Source of the DNA: a virus
Lineage: Duplodnaviria > Heunggongvirae > Uroviricota > Caudoviricetes
Direction: 5' to 3' (one strand)
Virus record (IMG/VR): IMGVR_UViG_2778261087_000003
DNA: 64,000 nucleotides
Shown here: one piece after another, positions 39,793-50,892 of the stretch
Numbering within the stretch: position 1 is the first letter of the stretch
Layout of the letters: the number at the start of each line of letters is the position of its first letter
The notes under the pieces: model-generated
Told to the model about the DNA's origin: nothing
The model's input: only the letters and a program-made list of their open reading frames with translations
Database searches by the model: none
Program-made: the position numbers and the translations under genes

Positions 39793-40644
39793 ATGATAAA
39801 TTATGTCTACGGCGAACAACTGTACCAGGAGTTCGTCAGCTTCAGGGATCTCTTTCTAAAAAAAGCTGTTGCACGCGCCCAACACGTTGATGCCGCCAGC
39901 GACGGTCGTCCTGTACGCCCGGTTGTCGTTCTGCCGTTCAAAGAAACTGACAGCATTCAGGCTGAAATTGATAAATGGACTTTAATGGCGCGGGAACTGG
40001 AACAGTACCCAGACCTCAATATCCCAAAGACTATTTTATATCCAGTGCCTAACATCCTTCGCGGTGTGCGTAAGGTTACGACTTATCAGACAGAAGCTGT
40101 GAACAGCGTCAACATGACCGCTGGCCGCATTATTCATCTGATTGATAAGGACATTCGCATCCAGAAAAGCGCAGGGATCAATGAGCACAGTGCGAAATAC
40201 ATAGAGAACCTGGAAGCAACAAAAGAGCTAATGAAGCAGTACCCGGAGGATGAAAAATTCCGTATGCGCGTACACGGCTTTAGCGAAACAATGCTGCGCG
40301 TCCATTACATTTCTAGTAGCCCTAACTACAATGATGGTAAATCAGTTAGTTACCATGTGCCGCTATGTGGTGTGTTTATCTGCGATGAAACTCTCCGTGA
40401 TGGAATTATCATCAACGGTGAATTCGAGAAAGCAAAATTTAGCCTTTATGACTCTATAGAACCGATCATCTGCGACCGCTGGCCGCAGGCAAAAATATAT
40501 CGCCTGGCAGATATTGAAAATGTAAAAAAACAAATTGCCATCACTCGCGAAGAGAAAAAGGTCAAATCAGCCGCATCAGTTACGCGCAGCCGTAAAACTA
40601 AGAAGGGGCAGCCAGTAAACGACAACCCCGAAAGCGCGCAATAG
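39793..40644 (+). CDS. c1: C1 repressor of lysis
   Basis: 283 aa, MINYVYGEQLYQEFVSFRDLFLKKAVARAQ...; GGAGGAGGA SD. Confidence 0.97.
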   Translation: MINYVYGEQLYQEFVSFRDLFLKKAVARAQHVDAASDGRPVRPVVVLPFKETDSIQAEIDKWTLMARELEQYPDLNIPKTILYPVPNILRGVRKVTTYQTEAVNSVNMTAGRIIHLIDKDIRIQKSAGINEHSAKYIENLEATKELMKQYPEDEKFRMRVHGFSETMLRVHYISSSPNYNDGKSVSYHVPLCGVFICDETLRDGIIINGEFEKAKFSLYDSIEPIICDRWPQAKIYRLADIENVKKQIAITREEKKVKSAASVTRSRKTKKGQPVNDNPESAQ

Positions 40645-40668
40645 TTTCCATCCGGCATGGTCAATGAG

Positions 40669-42153
40669 TTATTCATTAAGCCATGCCAGAGCTTCATCAA
40701 CCTGCGCTTCGTCTTCGACGCTAAGCACTTCATCCTGGGGAACATAATCCGCCAGCATAGCGAAACAATATGTATCCCAATGGTCTGGTGAGTGCAGGTT
40801 GAGTTTTTTCTTCATATCCTCCTTACTCATCACCTTCCATTGACCGGCGGAGTTAATCCCTACAGGGATTTTCGACGCTTCCTCAATAGTTTCATTACCC
40901 TTATCCAGTCTCATACGACCTGATTTTACGGCCTCTGCGGCTTGAACGTTGGCATAAGCACGTTTATCAAAGTACAGGCTCTTATCTTCACGGCTATGCA
41001 TCTTTTTACCCCAGCGTATACGCTGTACGGTAATACCATAATACTCGTACATCAGATCCGCCGTTGCTTTACCCAGCCCATCGCCGTCTATCGCTATGGT
41101 GATATTTGGGAATCGCTCAGGATTACATTCTGCGAAAATTTTGGCGGCAAGCTGCGTTTCTGTAACGTCTGTGTATTCCAGCATTCGATAGTTGATTACA
41201 CGGCGTTTATTTCTCTGGCCGGACACCATCATGATATTGATAACGGACTTATCCCGTCCCGTACCACCAGCAACGTCCACACATGCAAGCCAGCCCCATC
41301 CTTTGGCAATCTTGACTTTCCGCCGCGTCGCACGTTCAACCTCATCACGTCCAAGAAGGAAGCCATCCTGTGATTTAGGGAATAGTCCGCGTACCTTAAT
41401 CATGTACATAGGGTTATCACGCCCGCCGTACTCCGCCAGCTTCATTTTGATAAATGCTGGCGTTACCAGCGGTGATTCCTCACTGTTAAGCGTGATCGCC
41501 GTATAAACGCCATCAGGGTTACCAGGACGCTTGGCCAGTTTATGGTGAGTATCGTAGAAATAGCCGCTTGGGCGTGTAGGCTGTGACAGTAATAAGATGC
41601 GGTTATCCTGTCCGGTAAGAGCACCGGTGATGATACCGAAAGCTCTATCACTGACACCGGAGGCTTCATCGATAATATACAGAAGATGATCTGCGTGTTC
41701 ACCGGCGAGAGCTTCTTCACTTCCCAGACGAAAGCCCTTCGGTACTACAGTCCATACACCTTTACCAGTAACCTCATAGAAAGCGGTTTCTGTCAGAACA
41801 AAATAATCAGCAAGCCATGGAAAACGGCTGGTGGCAGTAGCCCAGTTTATCTTGATGTACTTGAATATACCGGTCATTACCTGCTGAATTTTGTTCGCAA
41901 CGATAATGGCGCGGGCACCGGGATACATGATTATGAACAACATGATCATGATAGAAGTCATGTCTGATTTCCCGGTACCGTGACCAGACGAAACAGATGT
42001 CTTGCTGCCCTGTTCCTGCACAGACTCAATAATCAGATCCTGCTGCCAGGTAGGTGTTTTGCCGAACAAAACATCAGCGGCAGCAATCCAGTCATAACGA
42101 TATAGCGCCACCAGCTCGCGCCAACGTGGATCCGTTACGCAACTTCTGGCCAT
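40669..42153 (-). CDS. pacB: terminase large subunit PacB
   Basis: 494 aa; Walker A SGHGTGKS, Walker [13 protein letters not shown]-terminal nuclease domain. Confidence 0.95.
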   Translation of the reverse strand: MARSCVTDPRWRELVALYRYDWIAAADVLFGKTPTWQQDLIIESVQEQGSKTSVSSGHGTGKSDMTSIMIMLFIIMYPGARAIIVANKIQQVMTGIFKYIKINWATATSRFPWLADYFVLTETAFYEVTGKGVWTVVPKGFRLGSEEALAGEHADHLLYIIDEASGVSDRAFGIITGALTGQDNRILLLSQPTRPSGYFYDTHHKLAKRPGNPDGVYTAITLNSEESPLVTPAFIKMKLAEYGGRDNPMYMIKVRGLFPKSQDGFLLGRDEVERATRRKVKIAKGWGWLACVDVAGGTGRDKSVINIMMVSGQRNKRRVINYRMLEYTDVTETQLAAKIFAECNPERFPNITIAIDGDGLGKATADLMYEYYGITVQRIRWGKKMHSREDKSLYFDKRAYANVQAAEAVKSGRMRLDKGNETIEEASKIPVGINSAGQWKVMSKEDMKKKLNLHSPDHWDTYCFAMLADYVPQDEVLSVEDEAQVDEALAWLNE

Positions 42154-43346
42154 TAATCATCATCCCCGTATAGCTTGCGGGTAACTTCTTCGTCTTCCTC
42201 CTCGTCTTCGTCCAGGTCTTGTTCCAGCCATGGGTCGTTTGATACACCTTCAGTATCAACATCTCCATAACCGCCTGTATCAACGATATCGGCGATTTCT
42301 TCCCTACGCTGCTCAATCCACAATGCGGCATCGGCGCGGCGGTTGGCGGCCCGTTCTCGCGCAACTTTGTCCAGATCTTCAAGAGAAGGGCCACCGACGG
42401 CTGTTTGCCTTTCCTCATCATCGGTATTGGTCTTAGGAGCACGCAGATCGGCTTTGATTTGCTCCAGCATCAGGGGCGGCACTTTTCCGCCATGCGCCTC
42501 GATGAATTCAGCTGCTTCCAGCACTGACCAGTTATTTTCACGCTTTCGTTCGTATGCCAGCTTAACAATGCCAGCTTGCCCCATAGATAAAGCGTGCTTT
42601 TCCGCCTCCCGGCTTTCTTTTCGATAGTTATTCCGGATGCTGTAAATGGTGTTGATCAGGCTGCTTATCTGCGCGGAACAGCTGTTTAGCATGCTCGCGA
42701 TACGATATTCAGGCGGAGTCCCTTCATCATCGTCTTTTTGCTGATCGCGCATTTCCTGCACCAGACGAATACACGTATCCCTGGCATTCTCCAGCATAAG
42801 GAGATGAGAAAGAGACTTTTCCAGAAGAGTGGTTTCCAGAACATCGGCCCCGGACCGACGCAACATAGCGCGCGCAGCCTTCCGCGCTTCAACGTTATCT
42901 ATCAGGTAATCGCCAGCTTCGAATTCAAAGCGTTCACCATCATCATCCAGGGTGTCGCGTTCCAGGCGATCACGTAAGGTCCGGTGGGCGCGGGTGATCA
43001 CGTCATGATCATCAGAACGATCATTTATGCGCTTATTTTGGCGCTTCGCATTCTCGACTGCGGCACTGACAACGGCATTAACCCTTTGTTTTTCCGCTAT
43101 TTCAGCCACAATGTGATCACCTGCATGTTGATCATTAGAGTGATCAATGATCATGCTTTTTAGTGGCTTCCTGACTGGCTTATTTGGCTTGCGGCTGTCC
43201 GCTGCCCTGGTGTCTTCTTTGAAGGCACGGAGATAACGACGTGCAGTATTAGGGTTAAGATTAAACTCGGCGGCATACTGTGCGATGGTGTAACCACCAT
43301 CTCGCGCCAGGCGAGCAAAATTCTTCTTGTGATCGTCCCAGGTCAC
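42153..43346 (-). CDS. pacA: terminase small subunit PacA (contains pac)
   Basis: 397 aa, N-terminal HTH ([12 protein letters not shown]), acidic C-terminus; pac hexamer clusters inside the gene. Confidence 0.95.
   Translation of the reverse strand: MTWDDHKKNFARLARDGGYTIAQYAAEFNLNPNTARRYLRAFKEDTRAADSRKPNKPVRKPLKSMIIDHSNDQHAGDHIVAEIAEKQRVNAVVSAAVENAKRQNKRINDRSDDHDVITRAHRTLRDRLERDTLDDDGERFEFEAGDYLIDNVEARKAARAMLRRSGADVLETTLLEKSLSHLLMLENARDTCIRLVQEMRDQQKDDDEGTPPEYRIASMLNSCSAQISSLINTIYSIRNNYRKESREAEKHALSMGQAGIVKLAYERKRENNWSVLEAAEFIEAHGGKVPPLMLEQIKADLRAPKTNTDDEERQTAVGGPSLEDLDKVARERAANRRADAALWIEQRREEIADIVDTGGYGDVDTEGVSNDPWLEQDLDEDEEEDEEVTRKLYGDDD
42995..43153. other. pac: pac packaging site: two clusters of TGATCA(G) hexamers
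   Basis: Hexamers at 42995, 43006, ~43019 (degenerate) and 43114, 43129, 43141, 43148; each contains a Dam GATC. Confidence 0.8.
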
Positions 43347-43431
43347 TTATGCTTCCTTTCGTAAAAACTCTTTTTGACGCGAGGGTAACGAAAGTCACAT
43401 GTCAAAAGGCCCGGAACGGGCAAGCAATCAA

Positions 43432-43884
43432 TCAGATACGTGCGGATGTGGCATTACCGTAATGACGGTGCTGACGGGCCACCTTATTGAAAAGTTGACG
43501 CGCCATTACCCAAGGCTGGTGCTCCCGGCGTTCCTTTTCGTCCTGCGTCATATAGAGTTCGTTCTGGAGTTTTTCATCAAACCGGCGCGGAGCGCGGCTA
43601 CGGCGAAAGAATTCAGGATTCAGAGAGTGGATCTGAAATCTACGTGGGCGTGTACTGTCATCAATCAAAACAGACGAATACTTAGACACAGCGATAGCCT
43701 TTAAGCGCAGATAAACATCGCGCTTATCGACATCCAGATGCGGGTATTCCTTTTCAAGAATTGCTGCGAGTTCTTTCGCTGATAGAAGAGATTTAGTGCG
43801 GATCATGTAATCCGCAATCTCGTACGATGTTATTCGTGAGTGATTTATTTCCATGAAGTGGCGTCCCTGCCAGTTAAGTAACAT
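43432..43884 (-). CDS. lpa: Lpa, late promoter activator
   Basis: 150-aa ORF downstream of a C1 operator; synteny lpa-pacA-pacB. Confidence 0.8.
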   Translation of the reverse strand: MLLNWQGRHFMEINHSRITSYEIADYMIRTKSLLSAKELAAILEKEYPHLDVDKRDVYLRLKAIAVSKYSSVLIDDSTRPRRFQIHSLNPEFFRRSRAPRRFDEKLQNELYMTQDEKERREHQPWVMARQLFNKVARQHRHYGNATSARI

Positions 43885-43950
43885 CCTGTCACCTACTGAT
43901 TAGCCCATGTCAACTAATCAACGTGGAATATAATACCCTCGATTAAAGAA

Positions 43951-43971
43951 ATAGCAATACATTAGAGCAAT
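43951..43971 (-). promoter_or_regulatory. bipartite C1 operator upstream of lpa
   Basis: atagcaat-N3-attagagcaat on the plus strand (operators read on the minus strand). Confidence 0.55.
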
Positions 43972-43972
43972 T

Positions 43973-45016
43973 TTATCTAACGCTCGACGAGTGACTTGTG
44001 ATAGCGCCGACTCCAAGCGCGTAATCAAAGAACAATCGTTGATGCATCGCCAGCCTACCGTGCGTCTTCTCCCAATTATCGCGGTCACGCTCAATATCAC
44101 GCTGGCATGACTGGCACAGAGGAATTGCGTAAATGTCATGCGCGCATAATCGACTATGACGAACGATATAAGGCGTAATGTGAGCGCCAGCTCCCGCCGC
44201 TCCACACCCACAGCATGGACGGGAAGCAACAAAGTCCATGTACTCAGGTAATTTTAGCGATTGCAGTTTTGGTATTTTGAAATGCGCCATGCCAGGGTCG
44301 GAGTCAACATCCACAGGGCATACTTTTGCACGCATCGGCGCGGCGCGTTCTTCCATCATCTGAACATATGCTGTAGCGCGATCGTCATACGGGCGAATAT
44401 CCGCCTCTTTCAGAGGTCCGCTATCCTGCGTTGCGGCTTTCATCTTATTTATTGATATACGGCAAACTTCTTCCGGCATCAGGTGCATCATGTTGCGCAT
44501 GAAAGCCCACCAGCACAGTTCCTGAATACTTAAATCATGGCCATCTGAAAGCCCCATTTCCTGACGGGCGACATCCAGTATCCAGTTAACGCGATTATTA
44601 TGCAGCGTTTCTTTCAGCTCATTAAAACCACGCATCCGGTAATGGTTATCGTGATGCCAGCACAACAACACCGCGCTATTGTCTCGTTCTGCGTGGACAA
44701 TATGGTTGTCACACCAGCTACGATCTGCGGCCTGGCATTGCCCCTCTTTCCTGCGCAACCACGCCACCAGCGCGTCAATTCCACCAATACGGCGAAACAG
44801 TTCATCGCTGTTAAAAAACGGCTGCAACGCCTCATTTGTTGCCATAGTTTGCTCGGAAACAACGAGGCCGTCGTCCATGTGCTCGATTAACTCACGCGGC
44901 ACCGGCTCCATAATAAATTTACGGCCAGCCTCCACCAGCTTTCTGACTTCCTGATCCACTTTGAATGTGGCGACGCCAAGCTCTTTTTGTACAAAGGGAG
45001 TAATTACGGCTTTCAC
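43973..45016 (-). CDS. hypothetical Cys-rich protein (P1 pdcB position)
   Basis: 347-aa ORF between doc and lpa. Confidence 0.5.
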   Translation of the reverse strand: MKAVITPFVQKELGVATFKVDQEVRKLVEAGRKFIMEPVPRELIEHMDDGLVVSEQTMATNEALQPFFNSDELFRRIGGIDALVAWLRRKEGQCQAADRSWCDNHIVHAERDNSAVLLCWHHDNHYRMRGFNELKETLHNNRVNWILDVARQEMGLSDGHDLSIQELCWWAFMRNMMHLMPEEVCRISINKMKAATQDSGPLKEADIRPYDDRATAYVQMMEERAAPMRAKVCPVDVDSDPGMAHFKIPKLQSLKLPEYMDFVASRPCCGCGAAGAGAHITPYIVRHSRLCAHDIYAIPLCQSCQRDIERDRDNWEKTHGRLAMHQRLFFDYALGVGAITSHSSSVR

Positions 45017-45043
45017 ATCACACCTTTCATCACTGATTGGGCT

Positions 45044-45223
45044 TTATCTGCTGCCCGGCATTCTCTGTTTAAGCACAACCATTTCCTGACGGCATAACAC
45101 AGCAATAGCAGTCCTGGCTCCAATTTGCTTACCAACCAGGTATTGCTTTACCTCGCGGCGACTCACGCCATCAAGAAGCATCTTTAACGCTTCACGGGAC
45201 AATTTGTTGTATTTGCGTGCCAT
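45044..45223 (-). CDS. hypothetical small basic protein
   Basis: Short ORF downstream of doc; start uncertain. Confidence 0.25.
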   Translation of the reverse strand: MARKYNKLSREALKMLLDGVSRREVKQYLVGKQIGARTAIAVLCRQEMVVLKQRMPGSR

Positions 45224-45227
45224 TAAT

Positions 45228-45608
45228 CTACTCCGCAGAACCATACAATCTACGTAACGTGTCGGCGACAGAAGATACAGATATCTCGCCAGTCGCAGCG
45301 CCTACAGTAAGGTCTGCCAGTTCAGGTGAATCAAATACCTGCACCCCGTTACGGCGTAGAAATAGCAGCGCGCTGTTTAGCGCGGTACGCTTATTGGCAT
45401 CATTGAATATATGCCCTCTCGCTGTAGCCACCAGGTAGGTGGCGGAGACTTCGAAAAGGTCGGTGATCTCTTCGTAGGCAACTCTGGCCTGAACTCTCCC
45501 GATAATGGCCTCTGCCCTGCCCGGATCTGACATGCCAGGCAGGCCGCCGTAGCGGCTTATATTCGCATCATGAAGCGCAATAAGTTCTTCCGGTGATATA
45601 TGCCTCAT
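45228..45608 (-). CDS. doc: Doc toxin (Fic-fold kinase)
   Basis: 126 aa, [25 protein letters not shown]...; start overlaps phd stop. Confidence 0.95.
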
Positions 45609-45829
45609 TATCGGTTAACCAGTTCCTTGTTGGTGGAGTCCAGGGTGTCAAACAGGGATGCAAATTCAGCATCCAGCGCCGCTTTTTTGTAGGCTTCGAA
45701 AGTAGCCTTGCTGACAATTACTGCTGGCTCACGGCCTCTGCGGGTGATTTCAACCTCTTCCCCGGCTTCAACATTGTTGAGCACTTCAGAAAGGTTGCCA
45801 CGCGCGGTACGGAAGTTAATGGATTGCAT
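45608..45829 (-). CDS. phd: Phd antitoxin
   Basis: 73 aa from [16 protein letters not shown]... (ORF extends 2 codons further upstream). Confidence 0.95.
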
Positions 45830-45901
45830 AAACACCTCGTGTACTCGTTATGTGTACACGATTATAAACTTCACAGGCATAAAGCACCAGCACTTTGCAG
45901 C

Positions 45902-46291
45902 TTAAATAACCGGACAATCATCAAATTCCCCACTTCGGGCATCATTGATGACATGAGTGATCACACCAAAAACAGCATTACTGCCCGTGTATCCATCGTC
46001 ATCTACTGGTAACGCCTCTTTCTTCCCGGTGCTTAAGTCCTCCAGGTGCTGGCGCGGATACTTCCTGTATCTCTTTATGCGATATTCACCCTCCATAGCG
46101 CACACAAGCAGAGAACCATCAACCGGAGTAAGCGAGGAATCAACCACCAGCAAAGCACCCTGCAATATTCCCTCACGGTGATGGCTATCAGCTGCCCGCA
46201 TGAAGTAGGTCGCTGAAGGATGTCTAATTATCTGCTGATCAAGAGAAATTCGGCTTTCAACATAATCCGCCGCAGGAGAAGGGAAGCCCAT
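45902..46291 (-). CDS. humD: HumD, UmuD' homologue
   Basis: 129 aa with UmuD/LexA C-terminal-domain-like sequence; LexA box just upstream. Confidence 0.9.
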   Translation of the reverse strand: MGFPSPAADYVESRISLDQQIIRHPSATYFMRAADSHHREGILQGALLVVDSSLTPVDGSLLVCAMEGEYRIKRYRKYPRQHLEDLSTGKKEALPVDDDGYTGSNAVFGVITHVINDARSGEFDDCPVI

Positions 46292-46309
46292 AGCGTTTTA
46301 CCTCAATGA

Positions 46310-46329
46310 TACTGTTTATTCATACAGTA
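46310..46329. promoter_or_regulatory. LexA box (TACTGTTTATTCATACAGTA)
   Basis: Near-consensus SOS box 19 nt upstream of the humD start. Confidence 0.7.
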
Positions 46330-46414
46330 TACATTGAAAAGGCATAGTTTGTGAAAGCGGGGTTTGTAGGCGCGCCACGCTGGGGGCTAATCACATTTCT
46401 CCCCCATCTTGCCG

Positions 46415-46666
46415 TTATTTTTTTGGTGCATCCTCGTTCTGATACACCGGATCGCTCCCTTTTGGCAACTGGAGGCTTAACTGCCGGTAGTGCCGTAGCC
46501 GTTCCATGAAATAGGCGCGCAGGTTTTCCGGTTGCTCACGGGCCACCTGCTCTGCAATCACAGGTATATTCAGCCGTTCTTTGTAAGCAACGCCGCTGGC
46601 GGCAAGGTCTACGTTCACCTTGTCTCGCTCTTCCTGGCTTTTAGCTGCTATATTTCGATCTGACAC
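46415..46666 (-). CDS. hot: Hot, homologue of DNA polymerase III theta subunit
   Basis: 83 aa; [33 protein letters not shown] closely resembles E. coli HolE. Confidence 0.9.
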   Translation of the reverse strand: MSDRNIAAKSQEERDKVNVDLAASGVAYKERLNIPVIAEQVAREQPENLRAYFMERLRHYRQLSLQLPKGSDPVYQNEDAPKK

Positions 46667-46698
46667 AAGAAACCTCCAGGAGTTAGTGGATCAGGCAC

Positions 46699-47049
46699 AT
46701 GCACAATAACGTTCTCAATGTTAGCCGTTCAATTCAGACAATCAGAGACTGCACCAGTGTGGTGGCATCAATCCCATTGCGGAACAGCATAGACGAACTG
46801 CAAATTCGTGTATTGAATCCGAATCAGGCTAATAAGCAATTGCGCTTTATTTTGACGCTGAAAAGTGAAACAGAGGGGATAAAGCACAGCGTAAAAGTGT
46901 TTTCTGAGGCCATTCTGCTTAATGGGAAGCTCCGGCATCTGGTAAGGCCAGAACGTCAATATCCTGACGTCCTGGCGCGTGAAAAAGACCTTCTTTCTGA
47001 AGTTCAGGATAGGGTGATCGATTTCGTCAAATGCTATCCCCTGCATTGA
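46699..47049 (+). CDS. hypothetical protein (divergent from hot)
   Basis: 116-aa ORF, weak SD; only plus-strand ORF in this block. Confidence 0.3.
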   Translation: MHNNVLNVSRSIQTIRDCTSVVASIPLRNSIDELQIRVLNPNQANKQLRFILTLKSETEGIKHSVKVFSEAILLNGKLRHLVRPERQYPDVLAREKDLLSEVQDRVIDFVKCYPLH

Positions 47050-47318
47050 GGGCAGGTGTTCCCTTCCGCAAAGTAGGGAAAATTGCTATCAAGTTCATCA
47101 CACCATCTGCGATGGTCGTAGCACCAAAACGCCTCCCACGGTGCACGGAAATACTTCATCCACCAGGACACTCGATCAGGTATATCTGCTGGTGGCAGTT
47201 CTTCTGGCAATAATTTGCCTGATAATTCCCTTTCCGCCCGCGACAGCATTTTTTTGAGGCTCGCGTTCTCTTTTTCAAGCTCATCTACGCGCACCTGTAA
47301 TTCAGCTTTCGTTGGCAT
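47034..47318 (-). CDS. hypothetical coiled-coil protein
   Basis: Start taken at MPTKAELQVRVDELEK; longer ORF to 47399 overlaps the upstream gene. Confidence 0.4.
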   Translation of the reverse strand: MPTKAELQVRVDELEKENASLKKMLSRAERELSGKLLPEELPPADIPDRVSWWMKYFRAPWEAFWCYDHRRWCDELDSNFPYFAEGNTCPQCRG

Positions 47319-48240
47319 GGTCCACCTCATGCTTTTCAGCCACCAGCGGCAATAAAGCCCTGGCCATCTTATGAACCAATAGTGCATCAATAATGCCAAG
47401 CGTATGCCCCGGCTTAATGTTTAATGCCGCCTCAAGGTGACACCTTTCCAGGTCACTTTTCTCGGCTTGTTTATGATGATCTGGTGTAATAACGTCGCCC
47501 AAAACACGGCTAATTCTTTCTCGTAATTGCTGGGTGCCAGCACACTTGATCGCTGTATCGTGGAGACGGTTAACCAGTTCGCGATAAACATGCGGCTTAA
47601 TGCGGATACGTTCACCGGTGACGCCCTTTCCTGGCGCTGGCACCGAACTATCCGGAATATCCGGATAGTTGCCAGCCTCGTAAGCTACCCACAGCCAGTG
47701 CATGAATGTTTCAGTGGACACACAACCACAGTCCACATCGATTTTCCCGCGTTGCTGTTCCAGCCATTGCCCAAAATCCAACCTGTAAGTCTTACTTTCA
47801 AGTTCATCACCATTGAACTCGACTTTCTGCGACGCTATGAGAGCTGATTCGTATTGTTCGCGAGTGACAACTGACTGGTATTCATCGCTATCAAGGCCAC
47901 CAATTGGAAGCTCAATCTCACAACAAAAATTGCGCCCAAAGAAAGTGTCTTTTTTGTGGTCTGAGCCAAAAGCAAAAGTCGCGCATGGTGCCATTAAATT
48001 GACACTGGGTAGGTAACAATAACTCATTCCATCAGGCCACCCGCCGCACTTAGGCAGCTCCTTCACTAACAAGTCGATAAGCTTCATTTTTTTATCATCT
48101 TTGCAAGCCGCCAAAGCCATTTGGGCAAGTGCCAATACTTCATCTGCCGTATATCCAGCACCGTGACCATACATTTCGATACGGGAAATAATCTCTGATA
48201 TACGCTCTTCAGTGATTCTGGTCATTTCTTTTTGCGCCAT
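47302..48240 (-). CDS. hypothetical protein (312 aa)
   Basis: Long ORF, coupled to neighbours. Confidence 0.55.
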   Translation of the reverse strand: MAQKEMTRITEERISEIISRIEMYGHGAGYTADEVLALAQMALAACKDDKKMKLIDLLVKELPKCGGWPDGMSYCYLPSVNLMAPCATFAFGSDHKKDTFFGRNFCCEIELPIGGLDSDEYQSVVTREQYESALIASQKVEFNGDELESKTYRLDFGQWLEQQRGKIDVDCGCVSTETFMHWLWVAYEAGNYPDIPDSSVPAPGKGVTGERIRIKPHVYRELVNRLHDTAIKCAGTQQLRERISRVLGDVITPDHHKQAEKSDLERCHLEAALNIKPGHTLGIIDALLVHKMARALLPLVAEKHEVDHANES

Positions 48241-48596
48241 TTCTTTTCACATTCCTTAGTCCATTTTTCAATGTTCATTTTGGCAATATCGGTCATTCCA
48301 TCACCTAAGAAATACTTTCTCCGGTATGTCTTGCACTTAAACCACACTACAACAGCCACCAGCCAGAAAATAAAAGGCCATACAGCAATACCAACGACTG
48401 CCGCGATAAAGCTCAATATCCATAAATGAAGCTCTCCAACTTCTGTTTCCGGCAATATTCTTAAAGAATTAAACAGTAGGCTGAACGCATGGTCGTATGC
48501 ATTGGCAGTATAAGACATGCAATCCATATAATTAAAGTCATAGCCTGCGGCTGCCGCCCATAATGGGCGGTCAAGAAAATGTTTTAGTGTCATCAT
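48222..48596 (-). CDS. hypothetical membrane protein (124 aa)
   Basis: Hydrophobic helices (ILSFIAAVVGIAVWPFIFWLVAVVVWF). Confidence 0.45.
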   Translation of the reverse strand: MMTLKHFLDRPLWAAAAGYDFNYMDCMSYTANAYDHAFSLLFNSLRILPETEVGELHLWILSFIAAVVGIAVWPFIFWLVAVVVWFKCKTYRRKYFLGDGMTDIAKMNIEKWTKECEKKWRKKK

Positions 48597-48602
48597 ATAA
48601 AT

Positions 48603-48896
48603 TTAAGGTTCAGACCAGTTATCTTCAATAGCAATGCTTAATCTTTGTAGCCATTCTGCTAATTTCAGCATTGCTTCTCTTTCGCTTAAACCACGAGGAA
48701 AATCATCAAGCGAAATTGTTGGCTTGAAGCCCCCGTAATTATCCATTTCAACTGTCAGATTTTGCTCCAGCACGGTATTCCTTACGCGGCTATTGTGCCG
48801 AAGCAAATATACTGAACGTGATTTATTGGTTTTGTGGTCGAACGTATATTCGGTAAGTATCATCTGACTTCCGCCATGATTATTACCGCGCCACAT
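48603..48896 (-). CDS. hypothetical protein (97 aa)
   Basis: ORF in a tight minus-strand array. Confidence 0.45.
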   Translation of the reverse strand: MWRGNNHGGSQMILTEYTFDHKTNKSRSVYLLRHNSRVRNTVLEQNLTVEMDNYGGFKPTISLDDFPRGLSEREAMLKLAEWLQRLSIAIEDNWSEP

Positions 48897-48919
48897 AATT
48901 ACTCCGTGTTAATTGAAAT

Positions 48920-49201
48920 TTAGCTATTAATCTTCACTTTTATCGCGAACACCTTTACCGGTTTATCACCGAAGTGTGGATGTGTGATTGTTTTTATTTC
49001 ATATCCGTTATACGGGACGTCAATTCTGCGACTGAAGTCTTCGCGCTTCGGATATCCCTTTGTGATAATCAGGCGGTAATACTTACGGTTAACGAGGCGC
49101 TTATTCCAGTAGTCATTACACAGGCGATACTCTTCCGTTTTCTCCCCGCGAATCATGGCATCGAAGTATTCACCTTTAACGGCAAGTTGCAGGTTAGCCA
49201 T
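48920..49201 (-). CDS. hypothetical protein, possibly ASCH/PUA-like
   Basis: Start at MANLQ with GGAGGTGA SD, overlapping upstream stop (TAATG). Confidence 0.45.
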   Translation of the reverse strand: MANLQLAVKGEYFDAMIRGEKTEEYRLCNDYWNKRLVNRKYYRLIITKGYPKREDFSRRIDVPYNGYEIKTITHPHFGDKPVKVFAIKVKINS

Positions 49202-49461
49202 TACCTCACCTCCAGTCTCCATACCGCCTGACCAATCCGGCTGGCATAGGTATCTTTGGATACTGTTCCGTCTTTAGCCATCTCCATAAGAATTTTGCGC
49301 AAATCTGCCGAACGCCATTCTTCATCAGGAAATTCCTTCTCCATTGCCAACCGCAGACTCCAGGTTGCCATCCTGAATGGATATTCCCCGCCGAGAACTT
49401 TCTCTTGCAGGGCTGCACGGGAACGCATCACCTGCAAAATCTTCTCTTTCACATCCATCAT
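49201..49461 (-). CDS. hypothetical protein
   Basis: Start at MMDVKE with AGGAGGTGA SD right after the upstream stop. Confidence 0.4.
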   Translation of the reverse strand: MMDVKEKILQVMRSRAALQEKVLGGEYPFRMATWSLRLAMEKEFPDEEWRSADLRKILMEMAKDGTVSKDTYASRIGQAVWRLEVR

Positions 49462-50018
49462 TTCACCTCCTGCGGCGGTTCCGGTAGCGGCATCCAGTGT
49501 GATGGTATCCACGACGCACCAGGTATTACCCACCCATCATTAGCGTCAGGATGCCCCGGGATGTAAGTCGCCCATTTCATTCGCCAGTCACCTTTCCTGT
49601 CAAACTCCCTGGCAACAAGAACGGCTGTTTTGGTATCCGGCATTCGCTCACTACAGCTTATCCAGCCATCCGGAGTTACCGGAGAGTTGCCATTTACATC
49701 GAAGTTTGGCTCTGCGTCCTGAACCAGGAGGATGTAACCATTCTTGGCTGTATCAAGTTCTAACGCCTCGGTGACGGTGCCGAAATAGCGATTACCTAAA
49801 TCAGCATCACAAGTGCTTACATCAATGGAAACTTCCATGCCTTCGATTAATTCTGGTAAGTTGTAAGTTTGGTTTACAGGCTCTGCTTCCAGCGATGCCA
49901 GAGCAATTCGTGCCAGTTCTTCCGCTTCTTCTGCTGGCAGTACAACGTTGCTACCCGGTCCGTATGTTTCGCGCCACTGCTTGATTGTCAGCAGTCGCTC
50001 TTTGGTAATAGTGATCAT
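49458..50018 (-). CDS. hypothetical protein, paralogue of 50893-51255
   Basis: Shares the N-terminal I-T-K-E-R and ELARIALASLEAEPV motifs. Confidence 0.55.
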   Translation of the reverse strand: MITITKERLLTIKQWRETYGPGSNVVLPAEEAEELARIALASLEAEPVNQTYNLPELIEGMEVSIDVSTCDADLGNRYFGTVTEALELDTAKNGYILLVQDAEPNFDVNGNSPVTPDGWISCSERMPDTKTAVLVAREFDRKGDWRMKWATYIPGHPDANDGWVIPGASWIPSHWMPLPEPPQEVK

Positions 50019-50530
50019 GCCGCGTTTCCTTCTTTCTTATTAACAATTACACCGTCATATATTTCATTAAGGTGCCCTCTCAACTCCATGCGCCTTAATG
50101 CAGATAACATGTAATCGCATTCAACCTGCTTATTTCCAGTAAATGGCTTATCGTCAGGATTACCCCAACAGCAATTACCCTTGGGCCACCCATGTACTTT
50201 CCGTACTCTTCCGTTAACAACGTGAAGTAATCCCCAGCCAGGTGGTAAATCCTCAACTGAAATAATTCCCGGCTCACTAATAAAGAATCGCCAGTCGCCC
50301 ATTCCAAGAGATGGATTTTTACGAAAACGCTTTTTTCTATCTGCCAACAAGTCAGCACGAGAACACTTCGCCTCTATCAGGCATGATGCTGAATTTCTGA
50401 ATCCCATAGCATCTGGCTGTTCTCCGGTACTGGTTACAGCTATAAAGCGGTCATGAAAACAAACCTTGAACCCGTTGCGCTTAAGGAACTTATACGCAAT
50501 CTGACAGAGTTCGCGGTGTGTTAACGCCAT
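50015..50530 (-). CDS. hypothetical protein with possible PD-(D/E)xK nuclease motif
   Basis: Start at MALTHREL with AAGGAGA SD; D...EAK motif. Confidence 0.5.
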   Translation of the reverse strand: MALTHRELCQIAYKFLKRNGFKVCFHDRFIAVTSTGEQPDAMGFRNSASCLIEAKCSRADLLADRKKRFRKNPSLGMGDWRFFISEPGIISVEDLPPGWGLLHVVNGRVRKVHGWPKGNCCWGNPDDKPFTGNKQVECDYMLSALRRMELRGHLNEIYDGVIVNKKEGNAA

Positions 50531-50892
50531 ATCACTCTCCTTTAGTGCGCAAGTGGTTTTTCCAGCGGTTTTGCGCCGCGCTGGGCTTTTTGCAAAAACC
50601 ACAATCCATCATCCCGTAATATTTCATCAACCCCATCCGTCGGTTGCTGAGTCTCACCCACTGCCAGACGCCAGGAGCGTTTCTACGAACTAACAGAATC
50701 TTTGCTTTACGGTTTTTCATCGCTTTGCTCTCCTGCGTCTCTTTGCTGCTCGTCGTGCCGCTGCAATACCGGTATGGCGGCGCTTTGGTGCCGGGATGAT
50801 GTTGTCAGCCATCAGGACATGTGGCTTTGCAATTAGCGCAGAAGCCCAAAAACGAGTCGGGTACGGTAACAAGCCGAAAAATGCCACACGCA

